Below, in pieces: positions 10,102 through 10,209 of a DNA stretch of 10,209 nucleotides (positions are counted from its first letter, which is position 1; each line of letters begins with the position of its first letter). The DNA is from Bdellovibrionota bacterium. GTDB taxonomy: Bacteria > Bdellovibrionota > UBA1018 > UBA923. The translations under genes and the position numbers were made by a program. The notes beneath the pieces are model-generated. The model saw nothing but the letters and a program-made list of their open reading frames with translations. It searched no databases and was not told where the DNA came from. The stretch is from NCBI GenBank assembly GCA_040754655.1, contig JBFMCE010000114.1, positions 1-10,209 on the forward strand, given 5' to 3'.

Positions 10102-10209
10102 TTATTTCTTGTTAATTATCGCGTCGGCGACATTCTTAGGTGCTTCAGAATAATGCTTGAACTCCATTGAATATGTTGCACGTCCCTGGGAAAGGGATCG
10201 CAAAGTTGT
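10102..10209 (-). CDS. fusA: Elongation factor G, C-terminal 35 aa (partial; runs off the window edge)
   Basis: Manual translation of 10209-10102 gives [39 protein letters not shown](TAA). This is the conserved EF-G domain V C-terminus (LRS.TQGRA.YSMEF..Y..AP). It ends 20 nt before the tuf ATG. Not in the ORF track. Confidence 0.95.
   Translation of the reverse strand, partial: TTLRSLSQGRATYSMEFKHYSEAPKNVADAIINKK

Overview
This is a core housekeeping region of a betaproteobacterium (tentatively Rhodocyclales-like, judged from protein termini), with all genes on the minus strand. In transcription order it reads: 3' end of fusA (missed by the ORF track), tuf, tRNA-Trp(CCA), secE, nusG, rplK, rplA, rplJ, rplL, rpoB, and the 5' part of rpoC (also missed by the ORF track). 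Recognisable cis-elements are an L1-binding site before rplK, an L10 leader before rplJ and a terminator/attenuator between rplL and rpoB. I see no mobile element, CRISPR array, intein or novel accessory system. The main anomaly is gene order. This tuf has fusA upstream (tufA/str-operon context) but tRNA-Trp-secE-nusG downstream (tufB context). That chimeric junction points to recombination between two tuf copies or to an assembly mis-join across the tuf repeat. Secondary observations are a GC3 contrast between tuf and fusA/rpoC, and unusual residues in conserved RpoB motifs.
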